DNA of 64,000 nucleotides from an uncultured delta proteobacterium (lineage in GTDB: Bacteria; Desulfobacterota; Binatia; UBA9968). A program made the position numbers and the translations under genes. Below, piece after piece: positions 1 to 12,090 of this stretch (position 1 is the stretch's first letter; every line of letters starts with the position of its first letter). The stretch is from NCBI GenBank assembly GCA_963847445.1, contig CAWJZV010000002.1, forward strand, positions 135,127 through 199,126. The letters run 5' to 3'. A model generated the notes under the pieces. That model was not told the origin of the DNA, did no database searches, and saw only the letters and a list, made by a program, of their open reading frames with translations.

Positions 1-722
1 GCGTGAATTTGCAGCGTTTGCGATTCCGCGTCGTAGAGCGAGAGGCTGGCATATTCGTGCGGCACCAGGTGGCGCAGCGAATCGGACACCGCCTTGAGCA
101 GCTCGTGTAAATCGAGCACCGAAACCACCGTGTTGTTGACCTCGAGCAGCAGGCTCAGGCGATCGCGCTCTTCTTCGAGTTGCTTGTGAACCGATTGGGC
201 TTCGGCGTAATTATGCGCGTTATCTATGGCCACGGCGACCTGCCGGGCCACCTGCTGCAAAAAGACCACATCGGCTTCGGTGTAGGCGGCCTCATGCCTG
301 CTGCCAAAAGCGAGCGCCCCTAAATTTCTTAACGCCGTGGTCGCCGGGACGACGCAAAGCGATTGCACGCCCCGGTCGCTGAGCCAGCGCGAGAGTTCGG
401 GAAACTTGCTGTCTTCAGCCAGACGGGAAACGACCCACGGCTGTTGTGTCTGCCAGACCCAGCCGCCTGGAGTCTCCATCGGACACTCTCCGGGAGCGCA
501 CGCGTAAGCCGGATCGGGGGTCTCGAGAACATGGGACTTCAACGCCTTGCGCTCGGGGTCGTAGAGCAGCAAATTGGCAAAATCGAACTGCACGACGCGG
601 TGCAGCCGCGGCGCGAGTTCGCTAAAAAGCTGGTCCAGTTCCCGGTGCGACGCGATCGCTTCGGAAATTTCTAGCAGCGCTTGATACTGGCTGTGCAATC
701 GATCCATCGGCGGCGGTTCCAC
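1..722 (-). CDS. FhlA-like GAF-domain transcriptional regulator, 5' part only (runs off the window; probably a sigma-54 enhancer-binding protein)
   Basis: Not in the ORF track. Manual translation gives MDRLHSQYQALLEISEAIASHRELDQLF...FLQQVARQVAVAIDNA...LEEERDRLSLLLEVNNTVVSVLDLHELL, the tandem-GAF N-terminus typical of FhlA/HyfR. GTG at 722 follows a GAGGA RBS; alternative ATG at 707. Confidence 0.8.
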   Translation of the reverse strand, partial: MEPPPMDRLHSQYQALLEISEAIASHRELDQLFSELAPRLHRVVQFDFANLLLYDPERKALKSHVLETPDPAYACAPGECPMETPGGWVWQTQQPWVVSRLAEDSKFPELSRWLSDRGVQSLCVVPATTALRNLGALAFGSRHEAAYTEADVVFLQQVARQVAVAIDNAHNYAEAQSVHKQLEEERDRLSLLLEVNNTVVSVLDLHELLKAVSDSLRHLVPHEYASLSLYDAESQTLQIH

Positions 723-914
723 TGCATCGTCCTCGACATCGGCGAGATTATACGTCGATGGATCGCCAATCAAGATAAGCAGTCATCAGGTCCTATTCTC
801 GCGGCTTGTCGATTCCCAGGCCTTCGATTTTCGACTCGGCTATTGTTCCGTGTCCATCTTGATCGACAACAGTTCAGCATGTTCGACAATCGCGGAATAA
901 TGCTTGCCCGTGAA

Positions 915-2797
915 TCAAGGCAGGCTGTTTGCGTGCTCGATCAGGATGCGCTTCACTTCCTGAATCGTTTCTGGATTGCCCTGCATGGAATGCGCCGAAT
1001 GGACGATCTTTTCCGACGCGACGCCGTCGATATGCGCGCTCGAATATTTTACCACGCCGTCTCCTCCCAGCTGCCGGCGGGCCGCCGCCTTCGACGCCGA
1101 CGATGGAATGGGCGATCACTCCATCTGCGATGGGGATTGCCGATAAACCGAGGATGAAGCGATTGGTCGGGTTCATGTTATCGATACTGGTTGGGATGCC
1201 GGTCATGGAACCGAGGAGCAATCCCTTGCTCTGTAGCGTCAATAGGTCGAGACCCAACTTGGTAAAACGGCCCGGCAGAGTCACCAGCCAGGAGCCGATG
1301 CGTCCCAGCACGCCGAGAGCCTGATAACTGCCGCGATGCGGGGTCGCGATAAATATCACCCGGCGGACAAACGGCAAAGGCTTGATCAACAGCGCGTTGG
1401 TCAGAAGGTCGCGCGTTTCAACATCGATGTCCAACTCATCCGGCGGCACGCTGAAAGGCCAGAGGTGCATGCCGCTATCGATCACCGTCATCTTCGTCAA
1501 TAATCCGCCCTGACTGTGGCCCATGACGACCATCCGCTTGAGACCCGGCTCGTTCCCGTCGGGATCCAACTCTTTCACGACTTTGACCAAAGCATCGCGC
1601 AGGAGCATCGCCGAATAGGCGACGGGATTTCCCGTATTGTACATGAACAGCCAGATCTCATAATTTTCCCAAAACCTTGGATCGTTCGCCAATTCATTGA
1701 CAAGCTCGGCCCAGCGCGCCGGGCTCGAGGCGGTGCCGTGCACCAGCACGACCGGAATACGGCCGGGCTTGTGCGGTTGCATCATGAACAAACCTTCCTG
1801 CAAATTCGCGCCGCCGATGGCGAAGTCGCCGGAGCGAAAACCGGCGATCTCGAAATCCCAAACCGGCGCGCCTTCCAGAGTCATGGCAAGGGCGGAGGTT
1901 GTCTCGTATTCGATCGGCACGTCCACGCCTGCGATCTTGAGCGTTCTGGCGGAGTCCGGAGTGTAGAATTCCACCTCGCCGCGCAACTTTCCGGAAGCCA
2001 ATGCCGCGCGTGGATCGTCGAGCCGCAGAAACGCCGTGACCGGAATCTTCAGCCGCGGTGGAATACGCATGGACTGTTTGCCCGCCTCACCCTCGAGCGG
2101 CTCGATCGACGCCATGAGAGCCGCGCCGATCCCCGGGGTGCGGTAGCGATTGCGCAAACCGCGCACCTCAACGTCGGCGGCGGGAACAAAATCCTTCATG
2201 CGGAAGCCGCCCCATATGAGATCGCGTTCATTGAATGTGACCGTAAGCTCGCCGAAGGGCAGCTTGAACACGCCGCCCATGGGGATGGCGTACGCGCCTT
2301 CGTCTGACTTGGCCGCTTGCGTCAGCGATTGATTGTAGAGATCCGCCGCCCAGCGCAGTCGCGGGTCGATTCCCCGGGGCTGCGTGCCGCGCTGCCCGGG
2401 AAGAAGAAATGCGTAAGCATACACGGCAGCCGCCAGATAATAGGAGCGCTCGCCGCTGTTCTGGCCGTGAAGAAAAGAAAGCTCGGCCAAGGCGAAGATG
2501 CGATCCTCGTCGCCTTTGGGCGCCAAACCCGCGTGCAGATCGGCCAACGCCTTTTGCGGATTGTCTTCGAATTCCTGGTAAAGGTTAAAATTGATCAGCT
2601 CTCGCGACGAAAAAGAGCTTGCCCGCTCGGCCGATATCGCATTGGCGGTAAGCGAATGATATGCGACCGCGGCGATCCACGTGGTTTACGCCGATCGGCG
2701 TCGCGCACCCGGCTAAAAACCCTGCAAGCAAGTAAAGCGCGGTGAATCTAACGATTATTCCCTGGCTCAATTGTGTGAATTTCCCGAACCGACTCAT
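915..2797 (-). CDS. Alpha/beta-fold hydrolase (lipase/esterase-like) lipoprotein, frameshifted
   Basis: Lipobox FLAGC in ORF 2585-2797. VLVHG, GHSQGG nucleophile elbow and IATPHRGS in ORF 874-2547. The C-terminus GDGVVKYSSAH...AHSMQ is in another frame and stops at 915. Confidence 0.8.
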
Positions 2798-2931
2798 GTC
2801 ATCTCCCCTTCCACGTAAAGGTTTATTCTGCGGCCGCCAATGAAACTACTCGACGGCGATAGATTGTCTCAGTGTAACGCATCCCGACATCGACGATATT
2901 TACCGTGCAAATTTCCCATTCTGTCTCATTT

Positions 2932-5900
2932 TTATTCCGTCGCCGGCTTACTTGGAGTAAAAATTTGTAACGCCCCCAACGGCAACTTTAAGATACGCAA
3001 CGGTATGTTGACAATCTCGCCACCGAGAGCCGCCGGTGATAAGTATGAAACCTGGGGCTGGTCAAAAGTACCGCTAACTTCCAGCGGAATTCCGACCATC
3101 GAGGCGCTCACGATCGAGCCGACCAGAGGAATATTTTTTATGATCTGTTCGCCGGCAGAAGGACGGTGACGAGGCCCTTGGCGTCGATGGTCTTTTGCTC
3201 CAGATCGGCGTTTGCCTGCGCCGCGATGGCGTAGGGCGATGCCTCGACAATGATCTCCTTGGCGAAAATGCTTTGGCCTGCAACCGTTCCTTTGGCGCTG
3301 ATCAAGCGGTAAGGATACGCTTCACGATTCAAATCGGGAAATGCCACACTGAAGTCGCCGGTTTGGTTCAAGTAATCAAAAGTAGCATCCACTCCCACCG
3401 AACGTATGAACTTGCCGTCACGGGCGACAAAGTCAAATTCACCCGATAGGGTCCGTGCGAGCTGATCGCGGTTACCGCCGCCGGTCAAACGCGCATCCAG
3501 GGAGTAGGTGCCGCTGATGTCGGACTTTTCAGATGAGAGGCAGCGGCTGGTAGCGTCAAGGTCGCCATCTTGCACCGAAAGCCTGATGTCAAGTTTGATC
3601 TGATCGTTTTTCTGAACGGCGAAGGGTCCCGCCGTGCGGATGCCGCAGACAACGCTATTCTCGACTTCTCCGCTGATTCCGTTTGGCGTGAAATCCGCCG
3701 TAAGCTGGAGCGGCTTCCAGGACAAGCCACCGACGGCGAAGTCGTTCGTCTTCAATCGGATTACGCCCGCCAGCGGCGGCAGTCCAACTACCGCCTTGCC
3801 TCTATCTTTTTGACCATCGCCTGTGCCAAAAACCTCGCTCAACTCATCCCATACGAGGCGGTCGGCGGAAAGATCCATATCGACATTCACGGCATCCTTT
3901 GGCGCTGTCAGCTTACCCGAAGCTGAAATACGGCTGCGGCGCCACCGTAGGTCGGCAGATCGAATATTTAAACCGGCCGGATCGCCGTGCAAGACAAATT
4001 GTTCGATGAGCGCATCCTCGCCCTTCAAGGGCGGGACGATGTCCTTACCTGCCAGTGTTCCACGCGCCGACAATCGATAGGGCGGCTTGGCAAAAACATT
4101 CACGGCAAAATCACCTTGCAGCAGGCCGAGGGGCACCGGCGCGGTCAAAAACATTCTGTCCAAGGTCCGCTTATTCAGCGCGCCGGAGAAGCTAGCCCCC
4201 CACTTGTCTTGTTCCAACGCAAACATCCCGCGCGCAGATTGCCCGCCATCATCGATCGACAGCTCTTTGATCGTGAAGCTGCGGCCATTGCGCTCCATGT
4301 CAATGGAAAGTCGCGGCCCCTGGGCAACGGTCAGCTTGCCGGTGAATGAAAAATTGCCATCGTCGCGCCAAGCCACACGGCTGGAAGAAAACTCCAACGG
4401 TGATCGCAACATATAATCCGCCGGAATTTCGCTTTGAGCCCTGGCCCACTCCATTACCCGTTCGCCGGCTACCCCACTTGCCGTTGCTTCCACAAGGAAT
4501 GGTGCTTTGCGCCAGTTCTCGACAACCCCGCCAACCATCATGGATGCGTCGAGGAGATCCACCTTGGCTTTAGCAAACGCGACTTTATCATGCGATGCAA
4601 CAAAACTGCCTTGGGATACGGCAACAGGCGCGGGGAGCCCCGCATGCTTGAGCCGCAACCCCTCGACTTCCCCCGTGCCGGTAAAACTCCACTGACTTGG
4701 ATCACTGAGCGGACCGCTAAGCGCGATCGAAGCAAAGTCTATTTTCCCTGTTGCCGAACTCCCTGGGCCGAGCTTCGCATGAAGAGTTTCAACCTTGCGG
4801 ATCAAGAGTTCGGTCTGGGCCAAATCCAACTGCAAACTTGCCGACTTGATATTTACTTGCCCGGTCCCGTCAACCCGTACAGAACCGGTGAGTCCAGCGA
4901 AAGAGGAGCGGCCGACCGCGCCTGCCAGGGTCTGAGCCTCGATCCTGCCGCTGTCATAGGTGAGACGACCGGCGCTTAACGAAATCGGATAAGGCACCGG
5001 CTCATAGGAGGCGGTCAGTGCAGCCGGCACGGCCGAAACTTTCGCTGAAATCGTCTCAAGGGTTTCGCCGAGAACCAGTCTCCCCGAAAGTGCACCGTCG
5101 ATCTGGTGAATCCGAGAGATTTCCCTGCGAAAAACCTCGTCTTTGACATGAGACATGAGCAACGACTGCAGCTCCCGAGCCTCCGTCTCGACCATGATGT
5201 CAAGATGAAATGGTCGGTTAGCGCCGGTTAGACCTACACGCAGCATCCCGTCCCGCCCCTTTGCTTTACCCAGGGTTGCGGAACACTTCTTACACTCGAG
5301 AACTCCGGCAGAGACAATCATCGCTCCGGCCACATTTGCCAGATCGAGATCGCGGCCAGGGATATAAATCTTCACGCCGCGCAAGTCTGCCGTCATCACA
5401 GATTGCTTGCTCGCGAGCGCCTCGGCAATCGACCGGCCGCGCGCTTCGACACGGACCTCGGCGATGGCGCCGCCTTGAAGATAGAGGAATACGTCATGCA
5501 CACCGGTGAAGTCATCGGCCAACAGCAGCGCCGATTTTCTGATCATACCGACGTCAATATCGCGCCCGGTGAGCATTGCCGAGAACAAGGACGAGGATCG
5601 ATGGAAGATCAGTTCACCGGCGAGCTTGACAGGTGGCGACACCAGCGGCAAAGCCTCGATGGTAACGCGAAACACTTTCTCATCGCCGCTAACGATAGCT
5701 TTGAAATCCTTTGCCGCAATCAGCGCTTTTCGCGCTCCCCGGGCCAAAGTGAGCGATGGTAGCGATCCAGCGATTTCAGCGCGAAAAGTTTTAAATCCTT
5801 CGCCTCTAAGTTTAACACTCAGCGTTAGCGCGCCGTCGTCAACCCATCCGACCGAACCCGGAGAAAAAAACTCAAATGCCTTGCGCAGGCCGAGGTTTTC

Positions 5901-6552
5901 CACCGAGAGCCGCGCCTCTGACGCCAGCGTATCGGTCGCCACCTCACCCGTGAAACGAATTCCGTCGGCGACATTCGCGCCGGCGGAGATTGTCAAAGCC
6001 AATTTCTCCAGGGTGAAACCGAAGTTGGCATCGATATCGGCAATTTTTAGAGTAGGTCCGCCGGCGCGGCTAATATCCGCCGTGCCGCGGCGCACTCGCA
6101 AATTCATTCCCGGAAACACTAAGCCGAGATGTTTAACCAAGGCGCGGACTTTTTCCTCGTAATTCATCGAGATTGAACGGTGCGTCATCACGCGCCGGCA
6201 GGCGCACGATCCAAGCGGCGCCATCCGCCGTCACGCTGGAGAACGCTAAGCGCCCAGTCAGCATGTGACGAAGCGATAGATAGAGCGTCAGTTGCTCAAT
6301 CTTGCCGCCGATCTGCTGGTCGAACGAGATGGCCGTATCCTGAAACACCACGCCGGGTCGGGGAAACCATAAGAGCTCGATTTTTTCAAAACTCGCCAAG
6401 CTGCTGGTTTTTTCGGCGACGAAGGCGCGCGCTTTTGCTTTGACGGCTTCGCTGTCGACGATCATTGGCAGCAGCAGCACCAGGGCAAACAACGCCACCA
6501 GGAAGGTTCCCGCAAGGAGCGCAACCCATGTGATGACGCGCGGCTTGTTCAT
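2932..6552 (-). CDS. AsmA-like (AsmA_2/YhdP-type) envelope bridge protein, frameshifted
   Basis: N-terminal TM anchor (ORF 6133-6552), about 1000 aa of beta-rich body (ORF 3138-6224) and an AsmA-like C-terminus. Indels near 6170 and 3150. Confidence 0.75.
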
Positions 6553-7635
6553 TGATCGTAAGAAATCAGGAGAAGGTTTAAAGATTCCGCTAGCCGTGCT
6601 ACTTGCCCTTGGTCACTTCGCTGTGAAATGGACGCAGGCATAGGCAATCCTTGTCGAATCCGCTGCGAAAACGTCGCATCCTTGCCGGCGGCGTGAGCGC
6701 GCGCGTTCACATGTGAAAGTTTTTCCAGCTCGGCGAAGGGCCGTGACGTGTCGATCCGGCCAAGGTCATAAAGATAATCGGGCACATAGCCGCTGAACAG
6801 GACTTTCCAGGACATCGGCGGCGACTCCGGGTTCATCCGCGTGTGAAATAAAATACTGGTCGTGCAGTTGGTCGTCAGCGTGTTGTAATAGCTCGGTCGC
6901 TCGCGCAGCTCATTAATCGATTTTATGTAATCGAGAAAAATTCGCCGGACGTTGTGCAGCGGCCCCCTGGCGCGGTAAATATAAACGTCCTCCTGCGGTT
7001 GCCGGTAGGTGGTGCGCACGCCCACCACGTCGCGCTCGTCGGCGACGACGTAGTACAATTCGTACTGCCGAAAAAACCCGGCGAGGGTAGAATAACTCTC
7101 GTCTTTCTCCTTGCGAGTCTCGATCGACACCGCAAGATAATCTTTGCCGGCGAAACCGAAGCTCACCATGACGTGGGCGATCGCCTTGCCGGCCCAGTAC
7201 ACCGCGATGATATCCGCGGAATCGAGCTTACTGAGATCGTAAGTTCGGCTTTCCCAGCGCGGTGTCAAAGTCGGTTTCGGTGCGATAGTCGAAGTTGCGC
7301 ACGTTGTGAATCGTGATCAGGTCGCCGTTGATCGTCGCATAAGGCAGATTCGCGACTTCCGGTTGCCAATCACGAACATTCGACGCAGGAATTCGCAAGA
7401 ACAAAACCACGAGAATTCCGCAGACGGCGAGCGCTGCCACCGCGGTTCGGCCACGGCGCGGCAGAAAGATAAAAGCCAGCAGCGTGAGCAACGCAAAGGT
7501 GCCGCTGCCATAGGAGCGCCAAGCCTCGGGCAAGAGCGGCGAGAAATACAACATGCCCGCGCCCCAAAGAGTCGCGCCCGCAATCACTATTGCCAAAACA
7601 ACTTTACCTAGTGTTTTCACCACAAGCCCTCGCAT
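6549..7635 (-). CDS. DUF4105 (Lnb N-terminal-like) membrane protein, frameshifted
   Basis: Three TM helices, then TIHNVRNFDYRTETDF, AHVMVSFGF, SIETRKEK and YNTLTTNCTT motifs. Two ORFs join near 7265. Confidence 0.8.
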
Positions 7636-8004
7636 CTACCGTCCCATGCGCCGGTCGTACGCCCGCGAGACTCGACCAGCGAGACCAGGATCGGCGCCCT
7701 TCGGACCGCGCTGACTCATTTCCACGCGCACGCTGCCGTCCGCTTGGCCACGCATGTTAATCGTAAGTTCTTGATCGCCTCGTATGCCTTTAATGTTGCC
7801 ACTCGCGCGGTCTTCGCTGAGGACGTGAACGCCTTCGTCGCGCGCCGCGCCGAGGGCGGCGCTCCATGCCCGGTCGAAACTACTCGGGGCCGGCGCATAG
7901 ACCGGAACCGGTTCGCTCGCGCAACCCAAAAACAACGTTAAAGAAACAGCCAAAAAAAATATCAGGTTTCGGTACATCGCCAGACGATCGGATTCAAGTC
8001 TCAT
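7636..8004 (-). CDS. Small hypothetical lipoprotein (paralog of 24961-25335)
   Basis: Lipobox FLGC. Shares SFDRAWSAAL...SRAYDRRMGR with the paralog. AAGGAG RBS before the ATG at 8004. Confidence 0.75.
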   Translation of the reverse strand: MRLESDRLAMYRNLIFFLAVSLTLFLGCASEPVPVYAPAPSSFDRAWSAALGAARDEGVHVLSEDRASGNIKGIRGDQELTINMRGQADGSVRVEMSQRGPKGADPGLAGRVSRAYDRRMGR

Positions 8005-8137
8005 GGTCCAATAACTCCTTTTGCCCAGCTTGCGCACTGTCCAGGGGTAAAATTTTACGCATTGGAATATTCCTCCCGCCAAACCCGTCCTGTGTCCATC
8101 GAAGAAGCGCCAAGCTCGGAACGAAGAGACTCGCTGA

Positions 8138-9211
8138 TTAACCGGCCGGGATCGTCACCACCGGCGTTCCTTGCCTATCCCCCGTCTCGGTGAGAGTGAA
8201 AAGAAACATGATAAAAGAAAACAGCCTCTTCGACGCGAAATCTTTGTCGTCGATCCAATACCAGTCTTGACCATACGGCACGGCGGCAAAGGCGTCGTCG
8301 GGTTTTTGCGGCGAGCTGAGAATCCGCATGAGTGGCGGCACGGCAGCACCGTTGACGATCTCCGGCGCGGGGGTGGGAAACGTCCGCTTTTGCTCCACCT
8401 TGGCTGCCGGTACATCGATGTAAGAAGATAGATCGGTGATGATTTCGAGCACGGAACGGGTCAGCAGGGCGATCTCTTTGTCATTGGCGGGCACCGAGCC
8501 GTAGACCACGTCAAACTCGTCGGTCTGGGGATCGGCACCGAGGAGTTTGCGTACTTCATCGCGATCCGCCGCTATCGCTGGGTCTAACTTCTTACTAAAT
8601 ACCATTGCCGTCACCGTCTGGGCGCCGATTTTTTTCACCCGCAGGCCGATTTGTCCGGATTCCTGAATGGTGCGCAGCTTCTCGACCAGCGGAAAAAACT
8701 CCGGATCGGCCTCGCGCGCGCGTGCACCATAGCCGTAGCGGCTATGAATGCCATTGATGGTGTGCACGGCGAGCCGCAGCACCATATCGACCGGATAGCC
8801 GGCCTGGAGAAAACTTAGAATCGCCGCGGGTGGGATCGGAGTCATGAGACTGCGGGCGAATTTTTCCCCGCTAAGGGGCGAGTAAGTGACGGTCGGCCTT
8901 TCGCCAAAAGTCCCGGTGGCGGTAATACCCGCGGATGAAGTATAGGGAAGTTGCAAGAGATTTTGCCACCAAGAGCCGGAAACTCCGACAGTGCCCTGGT
9001 AGCCAGTCTGGGTGATCACCGAGACGACATCGAGAAACACGGGCGCATCCGCGTAGCGCAGCTTGACCACATTGAGCAGCATCTGCGCCTTCCAGGAATC
9101 AGAGATCGCCGAAATGTAATCAAACCGATCGCGCGCAACAGTCCTCGGGCCGATACTCGCGCAGCCGCTCAGCCCGGCCAGCAAAAATACACCTACAATT
9201 ATTGTTTTCAT
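8138..9211 (-). CDS. Conserved hypothetical lipoprotein
   Basis: 357 aa intact ORF. Lipobox LSGC; QMLLNVVKLRY, PTVTYSPLSG and WYWIDDKDFASK motifs. Confidence 0.75.
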   Translation of the reverse strand: MKTIIVGVFLLAGLSGCASIGPRTVARDRFDYISAISDSWKAQMLLNVVKLRYADAPVFLDVVSVITQTGYQGTVGVSGSWWQNLLQLPYTSSAGITATGTFGERPTVTYSPLSGEKFARSLMTPIPPAAILSFLQAGYPVDMVLRLAVHTINGIHSRYGYGARAREADPEFFPLVEKLRTIQESGQIGLRVKKIGAQTVTAMVFSKKLDPAIAADRDEVRKLLGADPQTDEFDVVYGSVPANDKEIALLTRSVLEIITDLSSYIDVPAAKVEQKRTFPTPAPEIVNGAAVPPLMRILSSPQKPDDAFAAVPYGQDWYWIDDKDFASKRLFSFIMFLFTLTETGDRQGTPVVTIPAG

Positions 9212-9345
9212 TCGCAGCCTTTCATCCTCCTATTATTTCGCGGCGGCGCGGTCGCGCTCTAGGAATTTTCTTCATTGCCACGTCACTAACCCAACAACTG
9301 AACTGAAACCTTTTTTCACGATTCACTCATTCCATTCTGATCTCG

Positions 9346-11952
9346 TTATAGAATCGCCTTGCCCAAACGCTTGAGAAAGTATTTCGCCAGTCGCGTTACT
9401 ACCTTAGCAAAACGCTGCGGATTTGGAGAACTCTTCTCGCTGGTCTCACTCTTTGCCGGCACATCGTCTTGTGGCTGCTCAGATGGGGCCAAACCAGCTG
9501 CGCGGCCGTCAGGCCCGTAGACGTGCAGATCGCGCTGCGGGAACGGGATCTGAATGTCGGCCTCCTTGAGAGCGTTATTGACCGCAATGGTCAACTCGCT
9601 ACGAACGCGAAAGAATTCGTCAATACCGGTCCAGCAAAGCAAGGTAAACTCCAGCGCACTGTCGCCAAAACGATTGAACACAGCCATAGGCGGCGGCACC
9701 GGCAAAACTTCCGGATGCGTTCGCGCAATATCCACCAGGATACCGATTACCCGGCCGGGATCGGTGCCGAACGCGACACCAACCGATATCTGAATCCTTC
9801 TTTGGCGCCGTGAAAGGGACCAGTTGACAACTCTCGATCCGACGAGCTCGCTGTTGGGAATGATGACGTCGGCGCCATCGACTGTGCGGACGATACTGGC
9901 GCGGAAACCGATGTTGCGAACCTCACCGATAATGGCGTTGACCTCGATGGAATCCCCCACCTGCACCGGGTGCTCAAAAACCAGGATGATACCCGACACG
10001 AAGTTGTTTACAATGCTTTGCAGACCAAACCCTATCCCCACTCCCAGGGCGCTGAAAACCAGCGTGAGCCGGCTCAACTCCACGCCGGCTGCCGCCAAAG
10101 CGAAGAAAAAGCCCAGGAGCAAAACACCGTAACGGGAGAGCAATTCTAAAACTCCCGGCACTCCTCTGGGCATCCGGATACGGGGGAATATCTCTTCTGC
10201 CATCACGAACCGGAGCATGCGAGAAACCAGGATCGCAACAAAAATGACCAAGAAAAAAGTCACCAGGTCTTGCAGCGCCAATTCCGTTGCGCCGATTTTC
10301 CACCGTACGGTGAGAAAATCTGCTCCTCCACTAAAGACGCCGCCGAGGAGACCGAACACGAAAAGGCTCAGGGCGACCCAGCCGGCGAACGCCGCCAGTC
10401 GGATAAACTTTCCGAAGCGCGCAGCTAACAAGTCGCCGTGTTGGCGAACCGAAAGCGATAAACGAGCCGCCTGGGTTTGCAGTCCGAGAGTCGTCACGGC
10501 CGTCAACTGGTGAGCGGCGATGAATAGGACTAGCGCCGCATATCCACTTCGGAGCGTGGCTGAGGTAAACAATTCGGCAAGCGAAAGGTTGCCGACAAGA
10601 TTAGCTCCTATGGACAGCGCCAGCAGCGCCGCCGCAAGGCGCAACAGAATCAGGACCGCACGACCTTTACGCGCCAAGAGCGCGATTTCGTCCGTCCAAA
10701 GGCGAGACAGCCAGACAATGCCGCCAAGGGCCGCTACAGTAATCGCCAAAAGTAGAAACCGCCTGAGCAGCCAATCCTCCGGCAATACTCCCCGCAAAAA
10801 CTCCACCAAGTGGAAGGCAACCATCAAGTAGGTTCCACCACGCCACCTAATCGGCGTCACGGTTGAAACCAGGCGGAGGACCGGAAAAACCGTCAGAATC
10901 GCCGCAGCTTGCAAAATAAAGGCTGCAGCTTTGGGATAGAGCCAAGGTGTCAAGAGAAGCACGAAAAGAAGCGCCGAGGAGATCGGACGCGCCAGGATCT
11001 GGAAAGCTGAGGAGATTTCTTTGCTTGCGATGATCTCCGGTGTCAGCACTCCTCGCAGGAGATACAGAACGGCTAGCGCCGCGAGAAATAGGATCCCATG
11101 GAAAAAGAGATGTTTTCTGTAATCCTTAAAAAATTCCTTGGCGCCGTCGAAAATTCTCGAACCGCTCTCCCTGAGTCCCGTGGCCCACGAAGTCGGGGAG
11201 CCGGCGCTGAACAGCGCCACCCAAAGGGGCGGACTATCCAAACCGAACAGGTCGTGCCCGAACTCCGCGCGCGCTTGCTCGATGCGCTTGCGAATATCGG
11301 CGAATACCTTGCGCCTTGCCGATACCTGATTCTGCAGTTTCAAGAGCCCTGTCGTCTGGTTGCGAATCAATCCGTCTACATCGGTCACTTCTTTTAAAAC
11401 CTCTGCCACCTTCTGAAGCACCGCTTGAGGCAGGACCTTGTTTTTCCCGGCGGCTTGGGTTTCCTTCCAGGTGGCCAGGCTTTGTTCAACTTCTCTCTGC
11501 AAGACGGAAAGCTCTTGCCACTTTCCGGCGATCTCTTCCTCCCATTGATCGATTTGCCTCTGCCCGTTCGCCCATTCGTTCAGAGCGCTGTGGAGCTCCC
11601 GGACGGAGTGTGTCTGAGCGATCGTCCCCGCTGTAGATTCCCACCACCGGTCGGATCTTTCGATCAATGAGAGCAAATCTTCCTGGATCGCCTTGATGGC
11701 ATTATCCGCCTGGATTTGAGCGCGAATTTCCTGAAGCCTAGTAAGGGCCTGCTGAGCGCGTGGACCGATCTCAGCGGCTGGTATGGCAACCGGGACCGCA
11801 GCGCTCTTTTGCTCTGGCGCCGGCGTGGCGGCGGGCTTCGCCGCGCTCCACGCTGGCATGGCAGAAAACCATAACAAGACGAGGACTAGCGATCCGCGTT
11901 CTAGAAGTTCTTGCCGCATGGGCCAACTCCCGCTTTGATCCCTGTTTTGCAT
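9346..11952 (-). CDS. Large MscS/MscK-like mechanosensitive channel
   Basis: Signal/coiled-coil N-terminus, many TM helices and the MscS motif ALGVGIGFGLQSIVNNFVSGIILVFEHPVQVGD. Confidence 0.9.
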   Translation of the reverse strand: MQNRDQSGSWPMRQELLERGSLVLVLLWFSAMPAWSAAKPAATPAPEQKSAAVPVAIPAAEIGPRAQQALTRLQEIRAQIQADNAIKAIQEDLLSLIERSDRWWESTAGTIAQTHSVRELHSALNEWANGQRQIDQWEEEIAGKWQELSVLQREVEQSLATWKETQAAGKNKVLPQAVLQKVAEVLKEVTDVDGLIRNQTTGLLKLQNQVSARRKVFADIRKRIEQARAEFGHDLFGLDSPPLWVALFSAGSPTSWATGLRESGSRIFDGAKEFFKDYRKHLFFHGILFLAALAVLYLLRGVLTPEIIASKEISSAFQILARPISSALLFVLLLTPWLYPKAAAFILQAAAILTVFPVLRLVSTVTPIRWRGGTYLMVAFHLVEFLRGVLPEDWLLRRFLLLAITVAALGGIVWLSRLWTDEIALLARKGRAVLILLRLAAALLALSIGANLVGNLSLAELFTSATLRSGYAALVLFIAAHQLTAVTTLGLQTQAARLSLSVRQHGDLLAARFGKFIRLAAFAGWVALSLFVFGLLGGVFSGGADFLTVRWKIGATELALQDLVTFFLVIFVAILVSRMLRFVMAEEIFPRIRMPRGVPGVLELLSRYGVLLLGFFFALAAAGVELSRLTLVFSALGVGIGFGLQSIVNNFVSGIILVFEHPVQVGDSIEVNAIIGEVRNIGFRASIVRTVDGADVIIPNSELVGSRVVNWSLSRRQRRIQISVGVAFGTDPGRVIGILVDIARTHPEVLPVPPPMAVFNRFGDSALEFTLLCWTGIDEFFRVRSELTIAVNNALKEADIQIPFPQRDLHVYGPDGRAAGLAPSEQPQDDVPAKSETSEKSSPNPQRFAKVVTRLAKYFLKRLGKAIL

Positions 11953-11968
11953 GGGTCAATTTCGCCGC

Positions 11969-12090
11969 GAGTATCGAGGGGAAGAGTGTCGAGTGTCGGG
12001 GGTCGAGTGTGGAGGGAAAATCCACCGGACCAGCTCCGCGTCCCTTGCTTTTCACTCTTCACTCGCCCTCACCTCGATCAACACTCACTT
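11969..12090. repeat. Heptamer tandem repeats (GAGTGTC / CACTCGN type) forming an inverted pair
   Basis: gagtgtc gagtgtc gggggtc gagtgtg, then ttcactc ttcactc gccctc acctcg. Confidence 0.65.
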
